Position numbers and translations under genes: made by a program. The notes beneath the pieces were generated by a model. That model searched no databases. It was not told the DNA's origin and saw only the letters and a list, made by a program, of their open reading frames with translations. This document shows, one piece after another, positions 8,742 through 18,455 of a stretch of 62,153 bases of DNA. The DNA is from an uncultured bacterium (GTDB lineage Bacteria; Zixibacteria; MSB-5A5; JAABVY01; JAHJOQ01), in NCBI GenBank assembly GCA_965369655.1, contig CBDUQR010000013.1:1-62153 (forward strand), written 5' to 3'. Each line of letters starts with the position of its first letter. The stretch's first letter is position 1.

Positions 8742-8954
8742 GGAGTAAATTGTACTGTAAGTTGTAGTAGCGTAAGTGATTAAGTTAATCCATGCGCGGA
8801 CACACCTGTCGGCATCCTGTGAATACTATCGGATGCTGTCAATAGTTATGCGAGAGCGACCCATCTTATGCGCGTGCTGCTGTTCAAATGTTGAACAGAG
8901 ATCGCATTCGCTTTTTGGCTTGCGTGCGAGTAGTTGCCTCGTTAGATTGACCAC

Positions 8955-9425
8955 ATGGCGCTCAGTGAAATTGATATACAAAAGATTATCGACCTTGTGT
9001 CGGGTCAGGTCAGGGATCGCGATCTCCCGCCGAAGGTACTGCGGCAGGTGATCCTGCAGGTTGTAGATCGTCTCGAAGGACGAATCGTGCCGCAGCCATC
9101 GACGCCTGAATTAAAATCGACCGGGCTCTATGATTCTATCGAGAAGACGAATTCGAGCCGTGTGATTATTTCGGCATTCGGCAAAGATCGCCCCGGCGTT
9201 GTCGCCGCAATTGCGAATACGCTCGCAGACGGGAATATCACGATTCAGGATATTCAGCAGAATATCATGCAGGAGTTTTTCGGCATGATAATGATCGCGG
9301 ATATGTCGGGCGCCACGATCTCATTCGACGACCTCAAATCATCCTTAGACGAAATCGAATCCTCCCTCGGCTGCAAAATCCTCACTCAACACGAGGATAT
9401 TTTCAGGTATATGCATAGGATATAG
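8955..9425 (+). CDS. ACT domain protein (UPF0237-like) with N-terminal extension
   Basis: GKDRPGVVAAIA...IQDIQQNIMQEFFGMIM...QHEDIFRYMHRI. Confidence 0.8.
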   Translation: MALSEIDIQKIIDLVSGQVRDRDLPPKVLRQVILQVVDRLEGRIVPQPSTPELKSTGLYDSIEKTNSSRVIISAFGKDRPGVVAAIANTLADGNITIQDIQQNIMQEFFGMIMIADMSGATISFDDLKSSLDEIESSLGCKILTQHEDIFRYMHRI

Positions 9426-9427
9426 GC

Positions 9428-11290
9428 TCAGAGCGGGAGATCATCAACATTGTCAGTGCTTCTTCTCCCTGACTCTTCACCTTCAGGTATCATCTTCAGT
9501 TCCAAGCTAGGCAATTCTGGTAGTGATGCCCCGACTATTCCCTGCATATCACCATATATAGTGGATAGATTCAAGAATATTCCATTCATTTGCTTCTCGC
9601 GCTTACTCCAAAGCCTTTGCATTGCCCGCTTCTCTTTGTCCAGCTCGGCCTTCATATTTACAAAAGTGTCAAGGGCGGCACTGAATTTACGTCCGAATTC
9701 GGGTCCGGATAAATACATGTAGAGCAGTTCCATTTTCTGAGACTTACCCTCCATTGAAGCTGTTGCATGCGCAACTTCAATAATGCCAGCCCGCAGTGCC
9801 GTGGTCAATCCAATAGCTGAGCTCCACGTTGTCACCCAGATGCCATCTATCTCACCAAAGCTCTCAATGGATTTTGGAAGTGTCTTCGTAACGATTATCC
9901 CGATGGAGGCTTTGGCGGAAAGTTGATCATTCTTCAGTTTCTCAATCCAGGCGTTACTCCAATTGCTCGTTCTCTTCGATTCCCACAAGATGAGGCCGCA
10001 CTTTTTTCCCGATGGAGAAAATACAACCTGCGTAACATCGGCTCCCTTCCTACCCGCGGGCACGGGATCAATGTCGTCTTCAGGAAATGCTGCTCGTAGA
10101 ATATCCTCAAGTTCTAACTCCTGTAGTTCCCCATGAAGCTGCTCGGAACCCCTATCTGCGCGCTTTCTAGTCTCTTCAAGCTGCTTGGTTAGGTCCTCCA
10201 TATTTTTCTGGTATTCCCGCTTTTCAATCCTGCGTTGTTCTTCAACTCTCTTCACAGCTGTCTCTTCAATCCGGCCTCGCCCTTTCTCAAGTTTGCGTGC
10301 CACAGATAGCTCGACTTCTTTCTTTTCTTCCTCCAACTCGCTACTCTTCTTTATCAGTTCCAGTTCACGCTTCCTGAAAGTACCCAACTTAGCCGATTGA
10401 TCCTTCACTTGCGTTCTGAGACTCTCCAGTTCAGTTCCTGTTTCTCCAGCAATTTCCTCCCGAAGTGACTTCTCCAATTCCGCCTTCTTTTTGGCCAGCT
10501 CATCAGCGACCAATTTGTCGAATGACTCCCTCTCAATCACCAGTGCTTCTTTCCGTTTTTCGATTGCCCTCTTCTCTTTTTCGAGTTGTCTTTCCTTCTC
10601 CAAGACTGGAGCCTCTAATTCGGATCGCAATTGCTTCTTCAACGTCTTTTCTATCTGAGATCGCTCCTCATCCACCTTCCTTGCCACTGTCAGACCAATA
10701 TCTTTCTTCTCTTCTTCGAGCTTTTGTTTTGCAGTTCTCAATTCAAGCTCTTTGTTCCTGAAATCTTCAATTCTAGTTGCCTGCTCTTCCAGTTGCTCAT
10801 GGAGATCGTCGACTTCGGATCGCAGTTGCTTTTTCAATGTCTTTTCTATCTGAGCTCGCTCCTCATCCACCTTTCTTGCCACTGTCAGGTCAATCTCTTT
10901 CTTCTCTTCTTCGAGCTTCTGGTTCGCAGTTCTCAATTCAAGCTCTTTCTTCCTGAAATCGTCAAGCTTGGCAGCCTGATTCTCAACCTGAGTCTGGAGA
11001 CTTTCAACCTCTGAATTGACTTCTTTCTCTATCTTCTCGCGAAGTTCTCTTTTCAGTTTTTCTTTTTCCTTGGATAATTCTGTGACTTTGAATTCATCAA
11101 ACGACTTCATATCAGCCGCAAGTTCGCTTCTTTGCTCCTCGATATTCTTCTTTTCCTGTTTAACCTCCTCTCGCAATTTCAGAGTTGGCAACTCCAATTC
11201 AACCCGCATTTCTTCTCTGACTTTTTCCATCAGAGCTTCAGACATTTGGAATTCATTATGACATAGCGGGCAAGTAATCAGGTCGGACAT
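9428..11290 (-). CDS. DUF2130-like coiled-coil protein with N-terminal CxxC and C-terminal PD-(D/E)xK-like region
   Basis: ITCPLC; GSEQLHGELQELELE, GADVTQ, ILWESKRT. Confidence 0.8.
   Translation of the reverse strand: MSDLITCPLCHNEFQMSEALMEKVREEMRVELELPTLKLREEVKQEKKNIEEQRSELAADMKSFDEFKVTELSKEKEKLKRELREKIEKEVNSEVESLQTQVENQAAKLDDFRKKELELRTANQKLEEEKKEIDLTVARKVDEERAQIEKTLKKQLRSEVDDLHEQLEEQATRIEDFRNKELELRTAKQKLEEEKKDIGLTVARKVDEERSQIEKTLKKQLRSELEAPVLEKERQLEKEKRAIEKRKEALVIERESFDKLVADELAKKKAELEKSLREEIAGETGTELESLRTQVKDQSAKLGTFRKRELELIKKSSELEEEKKEVELSVARKLEKGRGRIEETAVKRVEEQRRIEKREYQKNMEDLTKQLEETRKRADRGSEQLHGELQELELEDILRAAFPEDDIDPVPAGRKGADVTQVVFSPSGKKCGLILWESKRTSNWSNAWIEKLKNDQLSAKASIGIIVTKTLPKSIESFGEIDGIWVTTWSSAIGLTTALRAGIIEVAHATASMEGKSQKMELLYMYLSGPEFGRKFSAALDTFVNMKAELDKEKRAMQRLWSKREKQMNGIFLNLSTIYGDMQGIVGASLPELPSLELKMIPEGEESGRRSTDNVDDLPL
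10621..10970. repeat. 195-bp (65-aa) period tandem duplication within DUF2130-like gene
   Basis: CGGATCGC...TCTTTTCTATCTGAG...GCAGTTCTCAATTCAAGCTCTTT recurs at 10621 and 10816. Confidence 0.85.
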
Positions 11291-11675
11291 GGTAGGTACC
11301 TCCTAAACGTTCCCCACGCAGCTCATTCAAGGAGCTGCACTTACAAACAATGCACTGGACTGTACTTAGGGCAAAATATACCGCAAAAACGGAGGATGTC
11401 AAGAGAAGAGCAAGTGTCCTTTAGTCCAAATCGCCGCAGTTAGGTCAGGTACCCATTCATTCCGAATCCAGCAGCGTATGCAGGTAAGTGGTCGGACAAG
11501 ATCGAACACTTGCGACATGCTTCGGAAAGATTCGAATCGGTCTTGTGTGATTTGAATGTCAGATAATCCATGTTGTTTGTTGCGGTGTCGTACAAGGAAC
11601 CGTCGCGGTGGATGTTCAGCAAGCTGTGGGGCACCCCAAGATCATTAGTCCAGATTGATGGTCTTTCAACATGCC

Positions 11676-11747
11676 CCTGCGCGGGAATGACCTCGCTTTC
11701 TTTCGCAAACGTGACCACCAACCTTACATGACTTTTGGGACAACCTC
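11676..11747 (-). mobile_element. partial MITE copy (one TIR plus half REP)
   Basis: Ends CTTTTGGGACAACCTC; internal part is the reverse complement of 15205-15236. Confidence 0.65.
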
Positions 11748-11764
11748 CATATCACTGTCGTGCA

Positions 11765-12211
11765 TCAACCGGCAGTTGAGCTTTTCCTCTCGTCATCCGG
11801 GTCAACTAACTTGTAGTCATAAGTGATATTAGCACTCTTCTTCAGCATAGCCGACACACTGCAGTATTTGTTTTCACTCAGCTCTATTGCTTGTTCAACA
11901 TCAGAGGGGCGGATGTCTGTTCCCGTGAATATATATCTGAGCTTGATGTTGGTGAATACCCTGGGGTGCTCCAACGCTTGTTCTGCCTCGACTTCCATGT
12001 GAAAGTCATTCAGCTTGACACGTTTCTTTCTCAGTATCGATACTACATCCATGGCCGTGCAGCTTGCCAGGCCCATAAGCAGCAATTCCATTGGACGAGA
12101 TCCAGCCGAAAAACCGCCGAACTTTTCGGGGCCATCCGTAGTGACCCAGTGCCCTGAATCGCTGACCGCAGCCATGGCAAGTCCACTGATTTGCTTTAGT
12201 TTCACTTTCAT
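11765..12211 (-). CDS. OsmC/YhfA family protein
   Basis: RPMELLL, ASCTAMDV, KYCSVS; start moved to MKVKLK behind GAGGA SD. Confidence 0.88.
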   Translation of the reverse strand: MKVKLKQISGLAMAAVSDSGHWVTTDGPEKFGGFSAGSRPMELLLMGLASCTAMDVVSILRKKRVKLNDFHMEVEAEQALEHPRVFTNIKLRYIFTGTDIRPSDVEQAIELSENKYCSVSAMLKKSANITYDYKLVDPDDERKSSTAG

Positions 12212-12269
12212 GTTGCTTTCCTCACTTCTCTGGTTGGCTATGTGCCAGGATATGAACGGCACATGATCT

Positions 12270-12333
12270 GAGGTTGTCCCAAAAGGTCTGACAGGTTGGT
12301 GTTCATGCTTTTCGGATCTTTTGGGATAGCCTC
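12270..12333. mobile_element. minimal 64-bp MITE
   Basis: TIRs GAGGTTGTCCCAAAAG ... CTTTTGGGATAGCCTC. Confidence 0.7.
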
Positions 12334-12416
12334 TGGACACGAGTCCTGAGCTTCGAAGGATCTGCCGCTCACAACATGTTTTCTCCGTTGTTTGAAAGAT
12401 ATAAACTGAGCGCAGA

Positions 12417-14621
12417 TTACCTGACTGTAATAATACCGAGACCTCTTGCTTCAGCCTGACCGATTATCGTGGCATCGAGAACACCGGCGTCGTGGAGCGC
12501 CTTTACTGCTTTCTCGGCCTGATTCGGTTCTATCGCAGCGAGCAGGCCACCCGATGTCTGCGCATCGCAGATCAGCGCCTTTGTGGCATGATCCAGCGAC
12601 TGTGGCCATTCGACTTTGCCTTCCACATATTCCATATTCGAGACAGTGCCACCCGGAATCGCGCCCGTAACCGCAACCTCGCGCGCACCATCGATGAACG
12701 GTATGCTGCTGCTCTCCAAAGTCATGTCGACACCGCTCGCTACAGCCATCTCGTGGAGATGACCGGCGAGACCAAAACCTGTCACATCGGTGCAGGCATG
12801 AATCTCGAATCGAGACAGCACATCGGCCGCCGTCTTGTTGAGAGTCGACATAAGATTGAGTAGAATATCTGCTACCTCGGGACCGACAGTGCCCTGCTTG
12901 GCTGCCGTGGCGAGCAGCCCGGTGCCGATAGATTTCGTCAGGATAATCCTGTCGCCGGGCCTGGCGCCGCGATTTGTCCAGATGCGTGAGGGATCGACTA
13001 TTCCTGTCACAGCGAGTCCATACTTCGGCTCTGTGTCATCGACTGTATGCCCACCGATAATGCTTATGCCAGCTTCTTTCGCTTTGTCGTGCGCTCCTCG
13101 CAGGATATCGACGAGAACCGATTGCGGCAGCCTGTTCGATGGAAAACAGACGACCGACAGCGCAAAGAGCGGTTTTGCACCCATAGCGTAGATGTCCGAA
13201 AGCGAATTGGCAGCCGCGATCTGACCGAATCCGTATGGATCATCCACTATCGGAGTGAAAAAATCGACTGTCTGCACAATAGCTGTCTTCTCATCGATCA
13301 GGTAGACCGCAGCGTCATCAGATGATTCGGTACCGACAAGCACATTCTCATCATCAGACGACGGCAGCTTGCTGAGCACTTCTTCGAGCATCTGCGGTCT
13401 CAGCTTGCATGCGCAACCGAGACCATGAGTAAACCTGGTTAGCTTGTATTCGCCCGACTCCGCCTCGACGGATGCAATGCCTGTGGCAGTTTCGCTCAGG
13501 CTGCCGACGACGCGTCGCAGTTCATCGAATGCTGCGTCGATATCGTCGTCTGTCGTCCCGCGACCTGTCGAGATTCGCAGAGTACCCATCGCTATATGTT
13601 CGGGCACTTCCATCGCAACCAGCACATGAGAAACATCCACCGAGTCGGTATGACACGCCGCGCCAGCCGATACCGCAATGCCGACAGCTTCAGAGATTAT
13701 CGTATTCGCTTCGACATTCGGAAAGCTCACGCTCAACGTGTTGGGCAGCCGCTTCTCGATATGACCGTTTATTTTCATCTGTGGGAACTCGTCAACGAGA
13801 AGCTGCTGCATTCTGTCGCGCGTCCGGGACATGTTCGCCGAGTATTCATTCAGATTCATGCCTGCAAGCCGACATGCCGTGCCCAATCCGACGATTTCAA
13901 GGACATTTTCCGTACCGGCGCGGCGATTTGCTTCGTGATCCGCACCGAACATGAATTTTTCGAGGTCGATCCCGCGACGAATATAGAGCGCGCCGATGCC
14001 CTTGGGAGCATATAGCTTATGACCGGCGATGCTGAGCATGTCTACACCGAGATCATTCACGCGGGTCGGGATCTTGCCGACAGCCTGCGCGGCATCCGTA
14101 TGCAGGCATATAACCCTGTCCTTCAGGATCTCCGCAATCTCCGAGATCGGCTGCAACGTTCCGACTTCGTTGTTGGCCAGCATCACTGTCACGAGAATCG
14201 TATCGTCGCGGATAGCCTTCTCGAATTCATCGAGGCGTATGATCCCATCTTTGTCGACCGAGACATACGTTACATCGAAACCGTAGCCTTCGAGATACCG
14301 GCAGACCTCGAGCACCGCAGGATGTTCGATCTGCGATGTGATAATATGCCTGCCCTTCTGTCGGTTCGAGAATGCGTAACCGCGAATTGCGTAGTTGTTC
14401 GACTCGGTGCCACCGCTTGTGAAAACAATTTCATCGGGACCGCAGCCGAGCATATTCGCCACCTGCGAACGCGCCGTCTCGATGGCGGCACGGGTACGGA
14501 ATCCATAGTAGTGGCCGGACGATGGATTGCCGAAATCTTCCTTCAAATATGGAAGCATGGCATCAGCCACTTCCGGATCAATCGGCGTCGTAGCGTTGTA
14601 ATCGAGGTATATCGGTTTCAC
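12417..14621 (-). CDS. selD: NifS-like cysteine desulfurase/selenocysteine lyase fused to selenophosphate synthetase
   Basis: IYLDYNATTP, FTSGGTES, AGHKLYAPKG, SAGAACH; then GLGCACKL, DDAAVY, QTVDFFTP, TDVTGFGL, DAQTSGGLL; probable GTG start 14621 (track 14672). Confidence 0.9.
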   Translation of the reverse strand: MKPIYLDYNATTPIDPEVADAMLPYLKEDFGNPSSGHYYGFRTRAAIETARSQVANMLGCGPDEIVFTSGGTESNNYAIRGYAFSNRQKGRHIITSQIEHPAVLEVCRYLEGYGFDVTYVSVDKDGIIRLDEFEKAIRDDTILVTVMLANNEVGTLQPISEIAEILKDRVICLHTDAAQAVGKIPTRVNDLGVDMLSIAGHKLYAPKGIGALYIRRGIDLEKFMFGADHEANRRAGTENVLEIVGLGTACRLAGMNLNEYSANMSRTRDRMQQLLVDEFPQMKINGHIEKRLPNTLSVSFPNVEANTIISEAVGIAVSAGAACHTDSVDVSHVLVAMEVPEHIAMGTLRISTGRGTTDDDIDAAFDELRRVVGSLSETATGIASVEAESGEYKLTRFTHGLGCACKLRPQMLEEVLSKLPSSDDENVLVGTESSDDAAVYLIDEKTAIVQTVDFFTPIVDDPYGFGQIAAANSLSDIYAMGAKPLFALSVVCFPSNRLPQSVLVDILRGAHDKAKEAGISIIGGHTVDDTEPKYGLAVTGIVDPSRIWTNRGARPGDRIILTKSIGTGLLATAAKQGTVGPEVADILLNLMSTLNKTAADVLSRFEIHACTDVTGFGLAGHLHEMAVASGVDMTLESSSIPFIDGAREVAVTGAIPGGTVSNMEYVEGKVEWPQSLDHATKALICDAQTSGGLLAAIEPNQAEKAVKALHDAGVLDATIIGQAEARGLGIITVR

Positions 14622-14757
14622 ATCGGCTCCCGAGGTTGGGATTAGAGCTTGTCCAGGACTCCCTGGAGACATTCATAAGCTTTTAATGTGTATTCCATTT
14701 TAGCCATTTTCCCCCCAGAGGAATCAGAATATGTTCACACAGATTGTACAATCATTA

Positions 14758-14860
14758 TCGACCGCGATTATCTTGATATTCGGGTTTTCTCCTTCAGAAA
14801 TCTCCCGACACCGGAAACCGTACCGCCGGTGCCGATACCTGCAACGAAGTAATCGATGCG
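14758..14860 (-). pseudogene. frameshifted fragment of a PLP-dependent cysteine synthase/CBS family gene
   Basis: Manual translation [25 protein letters not shown], one-base shift, then (N)PNIKIIAVD. Confidence 0.75.
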
Positions 14861-15007
14861 ACTCTCATGGTCTCCATCCGCAGTTAGATTTCGTAGTCCA
14901 CGCCGGTCAATATAGCAAACAAAACGCACAGAGCCAAATGTTCCGCGCAGTCAACAGGAAGTGTGTGTTCATCAGACCGTGGACCGTGGGCGGCAGACGT
15001 CCTCGCA

Positions 15008-15049
15008 AAGTCCTGAGCCTCGAAGGGCAAGTCCTGAGCCTCGAGGGGC
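15008..15049. repeat. 21-bp tandem dimer of the GTCCTGAG-N-CGAAGG micro-module
   Basis: AAGTCCTGAGCCTCGAAGGGC AAGTCCTGAGCCTCGAGGGGC. Confidence 0.8.
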
Positions 15050-15164
15050 CTGCCCTAATTACCTGCCGGTCGATAGTCAGGTCTCAGGTCACACTTGCGC
15101 TTTGCGCAATCAAGACCTGACACAACAAGAAACGATCACTGATTTCATGGACGGCAGATGTGGA

Positions 15165-15305
15165 GAGGTTGTCACAAAAGGCCTGATAGGTTGGTGTTCA
15201 TGCTTGCGAAAGAAAGCGAGGTCATTCCCGCGCAGGCACTTCGCTTTGCTCAGGATATCACGGGAATCCATTGAATGCGTTATAGTTAAATAGATTCCCG
15301 CCTCC
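15165..15305 (+). mobile_element. MITE carrying a REP doublet, truncated by IS1182 remnant
   Basis: Starts GAGGTTGTCACAAAAG; internal GTCATTCCCGCG...GGGAATCC matches copies at 22967 and 33765. Confidence 0.7.
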
Positions 15306-16256
15306 GGGCTTGTTGAGAAACCTCTGTTTTTGCCGAACGCGTGTCAGATGCATCGGAATTGGACGGTTGATTCTTGTTTTCGGCAAATATATCCCAGAAT
15401 GAACTCCAATAGGGTCCAGAGAACTCTCAGGAGTGATTTGATAGTGCATTTCAGGCCAATAAAGCGGGCCATCAGCCGCTTCAGGTTGATAACCGTCGCT
15501 ATCAACAGACTCTGAACCAGCATCTTAGACAAACCGTGCTTCCAGGCTCTTCCCAAACCATGCCACTGCTTCGCCTCAGCAAAGACTCCCTCGATTACCG
15601 GAGCACGTGCCCTGTACAATCGCCTGAAACTGCCTGTCCTGCTGTCAGCACGCAAACGAACCAAAGATTCATGATGAACCCCTACTGTCGTGTCCCGGAT
15701 ATATGTTCATATATTCTTTTGTAGTAGCACGGGTATCCTGCCCGTGAATCATGGGCAAGATGCCCATGCCACGATTTAATATGCCGCTTTTTATTGTGAA
15801 TGGATTCCTGGGACATGATACTACATTCAAATGACGGCATCTGCCAGGTGCACAAGAAGCCTTCAGTGCACAATCCCTGTCCCTCAGGATCCCCTCTCCC
15901 ACGGGATCCCGGAGGGAGAAGATCGGGGTCAATGACGGGATCAGCGACCGACACATGACGCATCAACTCACGCACGTGGGAGATGCCATCCATCGCCTGG
16001 ATCAGGAACAGCCGGACGATAACTTCAGGATCAATCGATGGACGACCGTTATCCTGGCAGTACCGATCGCGTACGAAATCGTGGATGAAACTCAGATCAA
16101 GTACACGATTCAGGCGATAAAGATAATGATCCTTAGGAATCAAACTCTCCAACGGCGGGAGGAGCGTCATCTCCTGTTGAAATTGCTCTCGTTTTGTTTG
16201 CATAGCCACAATCAACACTATTCAACGCTGATCTAAAGGACTTTTTCAACAAGCCC
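15306..16256 (-). mobile_element. internally deleted IS1182-family element (transposase pseudogene)
   Basis: TIRs GGGCTTGTTGAGAAA / TTTTTCAACAAGCCC; N-terminal part LIPKDH...GRPSIDP (to 16218) and C-terminal IEGVFAEAKQWHGL...INLKRL (15344-15664); middle replaced by unrelated DNA. Confidence 0.85.
15724..15772. repeat. GTAG-type REP doublet inside IS remnant
   Basis: GTAGCACGGGTATCCTGCCCGTG and CATGGGCAAGATGCCCATGCCAC hairpins in inverted arrangement. Confidence 0.65.
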
Positions 16257-16540
16257 GAAGGCGGGTGCCATCTTCATTTTGTATTCAGGTCATCGCCGCA
16301 ATGATAGGATGCAAAACCAGCCATCGAAGGAAAGCGAAGATGGATTCCGGCGGGTCCTGAGCAGAGCGAAGGGTTTGCACCGGAATGACATGATTGACCG
16401 TCGTCATTGCCAGCGAAGCGAAGCAACCTCAGCTCTGCCAAGAGATCACCACGTCTCCTTCGCAGCTCAGGACTGGGCTGTCGCTCCTCGTGATGACGAG
16501 TCTGCAGGCAATGCCTGTTACGGGGTTTTTCAACAAACGC
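16257..16540. repeat. cluster of GTCA-type palindromic repeats with micro-inserts and an extra IS1182-like end
   Basis: GGATTCCGG...CCGGAATGAC, GTCATTGC..., ...CTCCTCGTGATGAC; GGGGTTTTTCAACAAAC at ~16522. Confidence 0.65.
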
Positions 16541-16576
16541 TCAGCCCGGCATCTCAATTGGCTGAGAGATCATAGT

Positions 16577-16603
16577 AAAAGCCGGGCATGGACTCCCGGC
16601 TTT
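16577..16603 (-). terminator. intrinsic terminator after rplY
   Basis: AAAAGCCGGG-N8-CCCGGCTTT. Confidence 0.65.
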
Positions 16604-16644
16604 CGATATGTGTAGTGATCGACTTAAGCGATCGAGAATGATTG

Positions 16645-17343
16645 CTATTCTTTCTTCTTCTCTTTGATAACCTCGGGTTCTTTTTGCTCTCCACCTTCAC
16701 CTTCGGCTTCAGCCTCGGCCTCTTCGCCTTCGACGCCTTCTTCGGCCTCACCTTCAACTTCTGCCTCAACCTCTACCTGGACTGTCGGTGCGGCTATCGT
16801 AATGAGAACCTGGTCGGGGTTGGTCAGGACTTCAAACTGCGGGAGGTCAAGATCACTGACATGAAGCGAGTCCCCGATAACCAATTCGGTAACATCGATC
16901 TCGATGTAGTCCTCAATGTCGTTTGGCAGGCAGGCGACAGATATTTGTCTCTGCACGAACTCCAGAATGCCTCCCATCGTCTTGACGCCCTCGGCTGTGC
17001 CGACGAGGCGGATGGGAATATCGATGGTGATCTTCTTTGTCAGGGATATCTGCTGGAAGTCAATGTGCAGCACAGCGCTGTCGATAGGCTCTCTCTGCAC
17101 TTCCTTAATCATCACCTTGAGAGGATCTTTATCCTCACCCTCTATCGAAAGGTCAACGAGTATGTTCATGGACTCTGACGTCCTGAACATCTTCAACACT
17201 TCGCGCTCATTGAGAGCAATAGCCCTCGGATCGATCTCGGGTCCATAGACAACTGCCGGGATCATTCCGTCAGCCCGAAGTTTCCTCGCGACGCCCTTGC
17301 CGGAGTCTGCGCGCGCTATAGCAGTCAGCGATTTCGTTTCCAA
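16645..17343 (-). CDS. rplY: 50S ribosomal protein L25 (Ctc type)
   Basis: GKGVARKLRADGMIPAVVYG, HIDF, acidic tail. Confidence 0.95.
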   Translation of the reverse strand: METKSLTAIARADSGKGVARKLRADGMIPAVVYGPEIDPRAIALNEREVLKMFRTSESMNILVDLSIEGEDKDPLKVMIKEVQREPIDSAVLHIDFQQISLTKKITIDIPIRLVGTAEGVKTMGGILEFVQRQISVACLPNDIEDYIEIDVTELVIGDSLHVSDLDLPQFEVLTNPDQVLITIAAPTVQVEVEAEVEGEAEEGVEGEEAEAEAEGEGGEQKEPEVIKEKKKE

Positions 17344-17367
17344 CTTATTCTCCTTAGTATTCCTGTT

Positions 17368-18303
17368 CTAATCAAAAAGTATTGAGATCGATTCTTTGTT
17401 TGATATTCTTCTGATAGTCTCTCCGAACAGTTGCGCTGTCGGCACTATTTTTATTTTAGATGAAAGCTGACGTTTGCTCAGGTCGAGGCTGTCAGTCACC
17501 CAAAGCTCACTTATGGGCGACTGGTTGATTCTCTCGATGGCGTTACCTGAGAACAGGCCGTGAGTGCAGCATGCAACAACTTCTTTCGCGCCTCGATCCA
17601 TCACTGCCTGTGCCGCATCGGCCAGCGTACCGGCCGTGTCGCACATGTCGTCGCGGATGATCACGGTCTTGTCTTTGACGTCGCCGATGACATTCAGGAT
17701 TTCGGACTTGTTGTAGTCGGGCCGCCTCTTGTCGACTATTGCGAGCCCGCAGTGCAGCTTCCTCGCGAACGACCGCACCATCTTGACTGAGCCGATATCC
17801 GGGGCGAGCATCACAGGATCATCGAGGTGTATCGCCTCAAACCGTGCGTAGAAGACCGGGTTGGCGAACAGGTGATCCGACGGGATGTCGAAGAAACCCT
17901 GAAGCTGCGGCGCATGCAGATCTAAAGTCACAACTCTGTCCGCACCTGCCACCGAGATCAGATTCGCCACCAGTTTGGCGGTTATGCCGACACGCGGGCG
18001 ATCTTTCCTGTCCTGTCGCCCGTAACCGTAATATGGAACAATGGCGGTGACAGTTTCGGCGGAGGCTCTCTTCGCTGTCTCGATGAGCATCAGGAGTTCG
18101 AGAATATTCTCGGCTGGCGGATTTGTGCTCTGAATGATGAACACGTCAGAACCGCGCACATTCTCTTTGATCTGAACGCGGAACTCACCATCCATGAAAT
18201 CGGTGATCTCGACTCTGGTCATGCCTATTCCGAGGTAGTTGGCAATCTTGTCAGCCAGCGGGCTGTTCGATCTTCCTGAGATAAGCTTTATTGGTCCGGG
18301 CAT
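17368..18303 (-). CDS. prs: ribose-phosphate pyrophosphokinase
   Basis: PYYGYGRQDRK, DLHAPQ, DDMCDTAGTL. Confidence 0.95.
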   Translation of the reverse strand: MPGPIKLISGRSNSPLADKIANYLGIGMTRVEITDFMDGEFRVQIKENVRGSDVFIIQSTNPPAENILELLMLIETAKRASAETVTAIVPYYGYGRQDRKDRPRVGITAKLVANLISVAGADRVVTLDLHAPQLQGFFDIPSDHLFANPVFYARFEAIHLDDPVMLAPDIGSVKMVRSFARKLHCGLAIVDKRRPDYNKSEILNVIGDVKDKTVIIRDDMCDTAGTLADAAQAVMDRGAKEVVACCTHGLFSGNAIERINQSPISELWVTDSLDLSKRQLSSKIKIVPTAQLFGETIRRISNKESISILFD

Positions 18304-18391
18304 AGTCTATTTGCACTCCGTCGTGAACGAAATAAATCGAGAATATACCGAAAACTCGCCGAAAAGCAACCGAAAAATAGTGCCGGGCAAC

Positions 18392-18420
18392 TTGACATCG
18401 TCTCGCACGTATCGTACAAT
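18392..18420 (+). promoter_or_regulatory. sigma70-type promoter
   Basis: TTGACA-17 bp-TACAAT upstream of S9 peptidase. Confidence 0.7.
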
Positions 18421-18455
18421 GGCGCAATGTTAAGAATAAGCTTTCAGGAGGTTCT

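Noticed and set aside
11440-11670. Minus-strand ORF ending LSDHLP, reminiscent of an EEP nuclease/phosphatase C-terminus
   Set aside because: Only one short motif, and the ORF start lies within a MITE
13410-13420. Possible selenocysteine (TGA) in the SelD active site
   Set aside because: Both motif codons are TGC (Cys); no in-frame TGA
15008-15049. CRISPR-like repeat
   Set aside because: Two abutting 21-bp units with no spacer and no cas genes; part of the micro-module family
16279-16575. ORFs spanning repeat clusters (also 20282-20713, 22908-23238)
   Set aside because: Translations are just read-through of REP and MITE sequence
16642-17178. Long plus-strand ORF and other long shadow ORFs (e.g. 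41222-42322, 52394-53545)
   Set aside because: Antisense to confident genes; explained by codon bias
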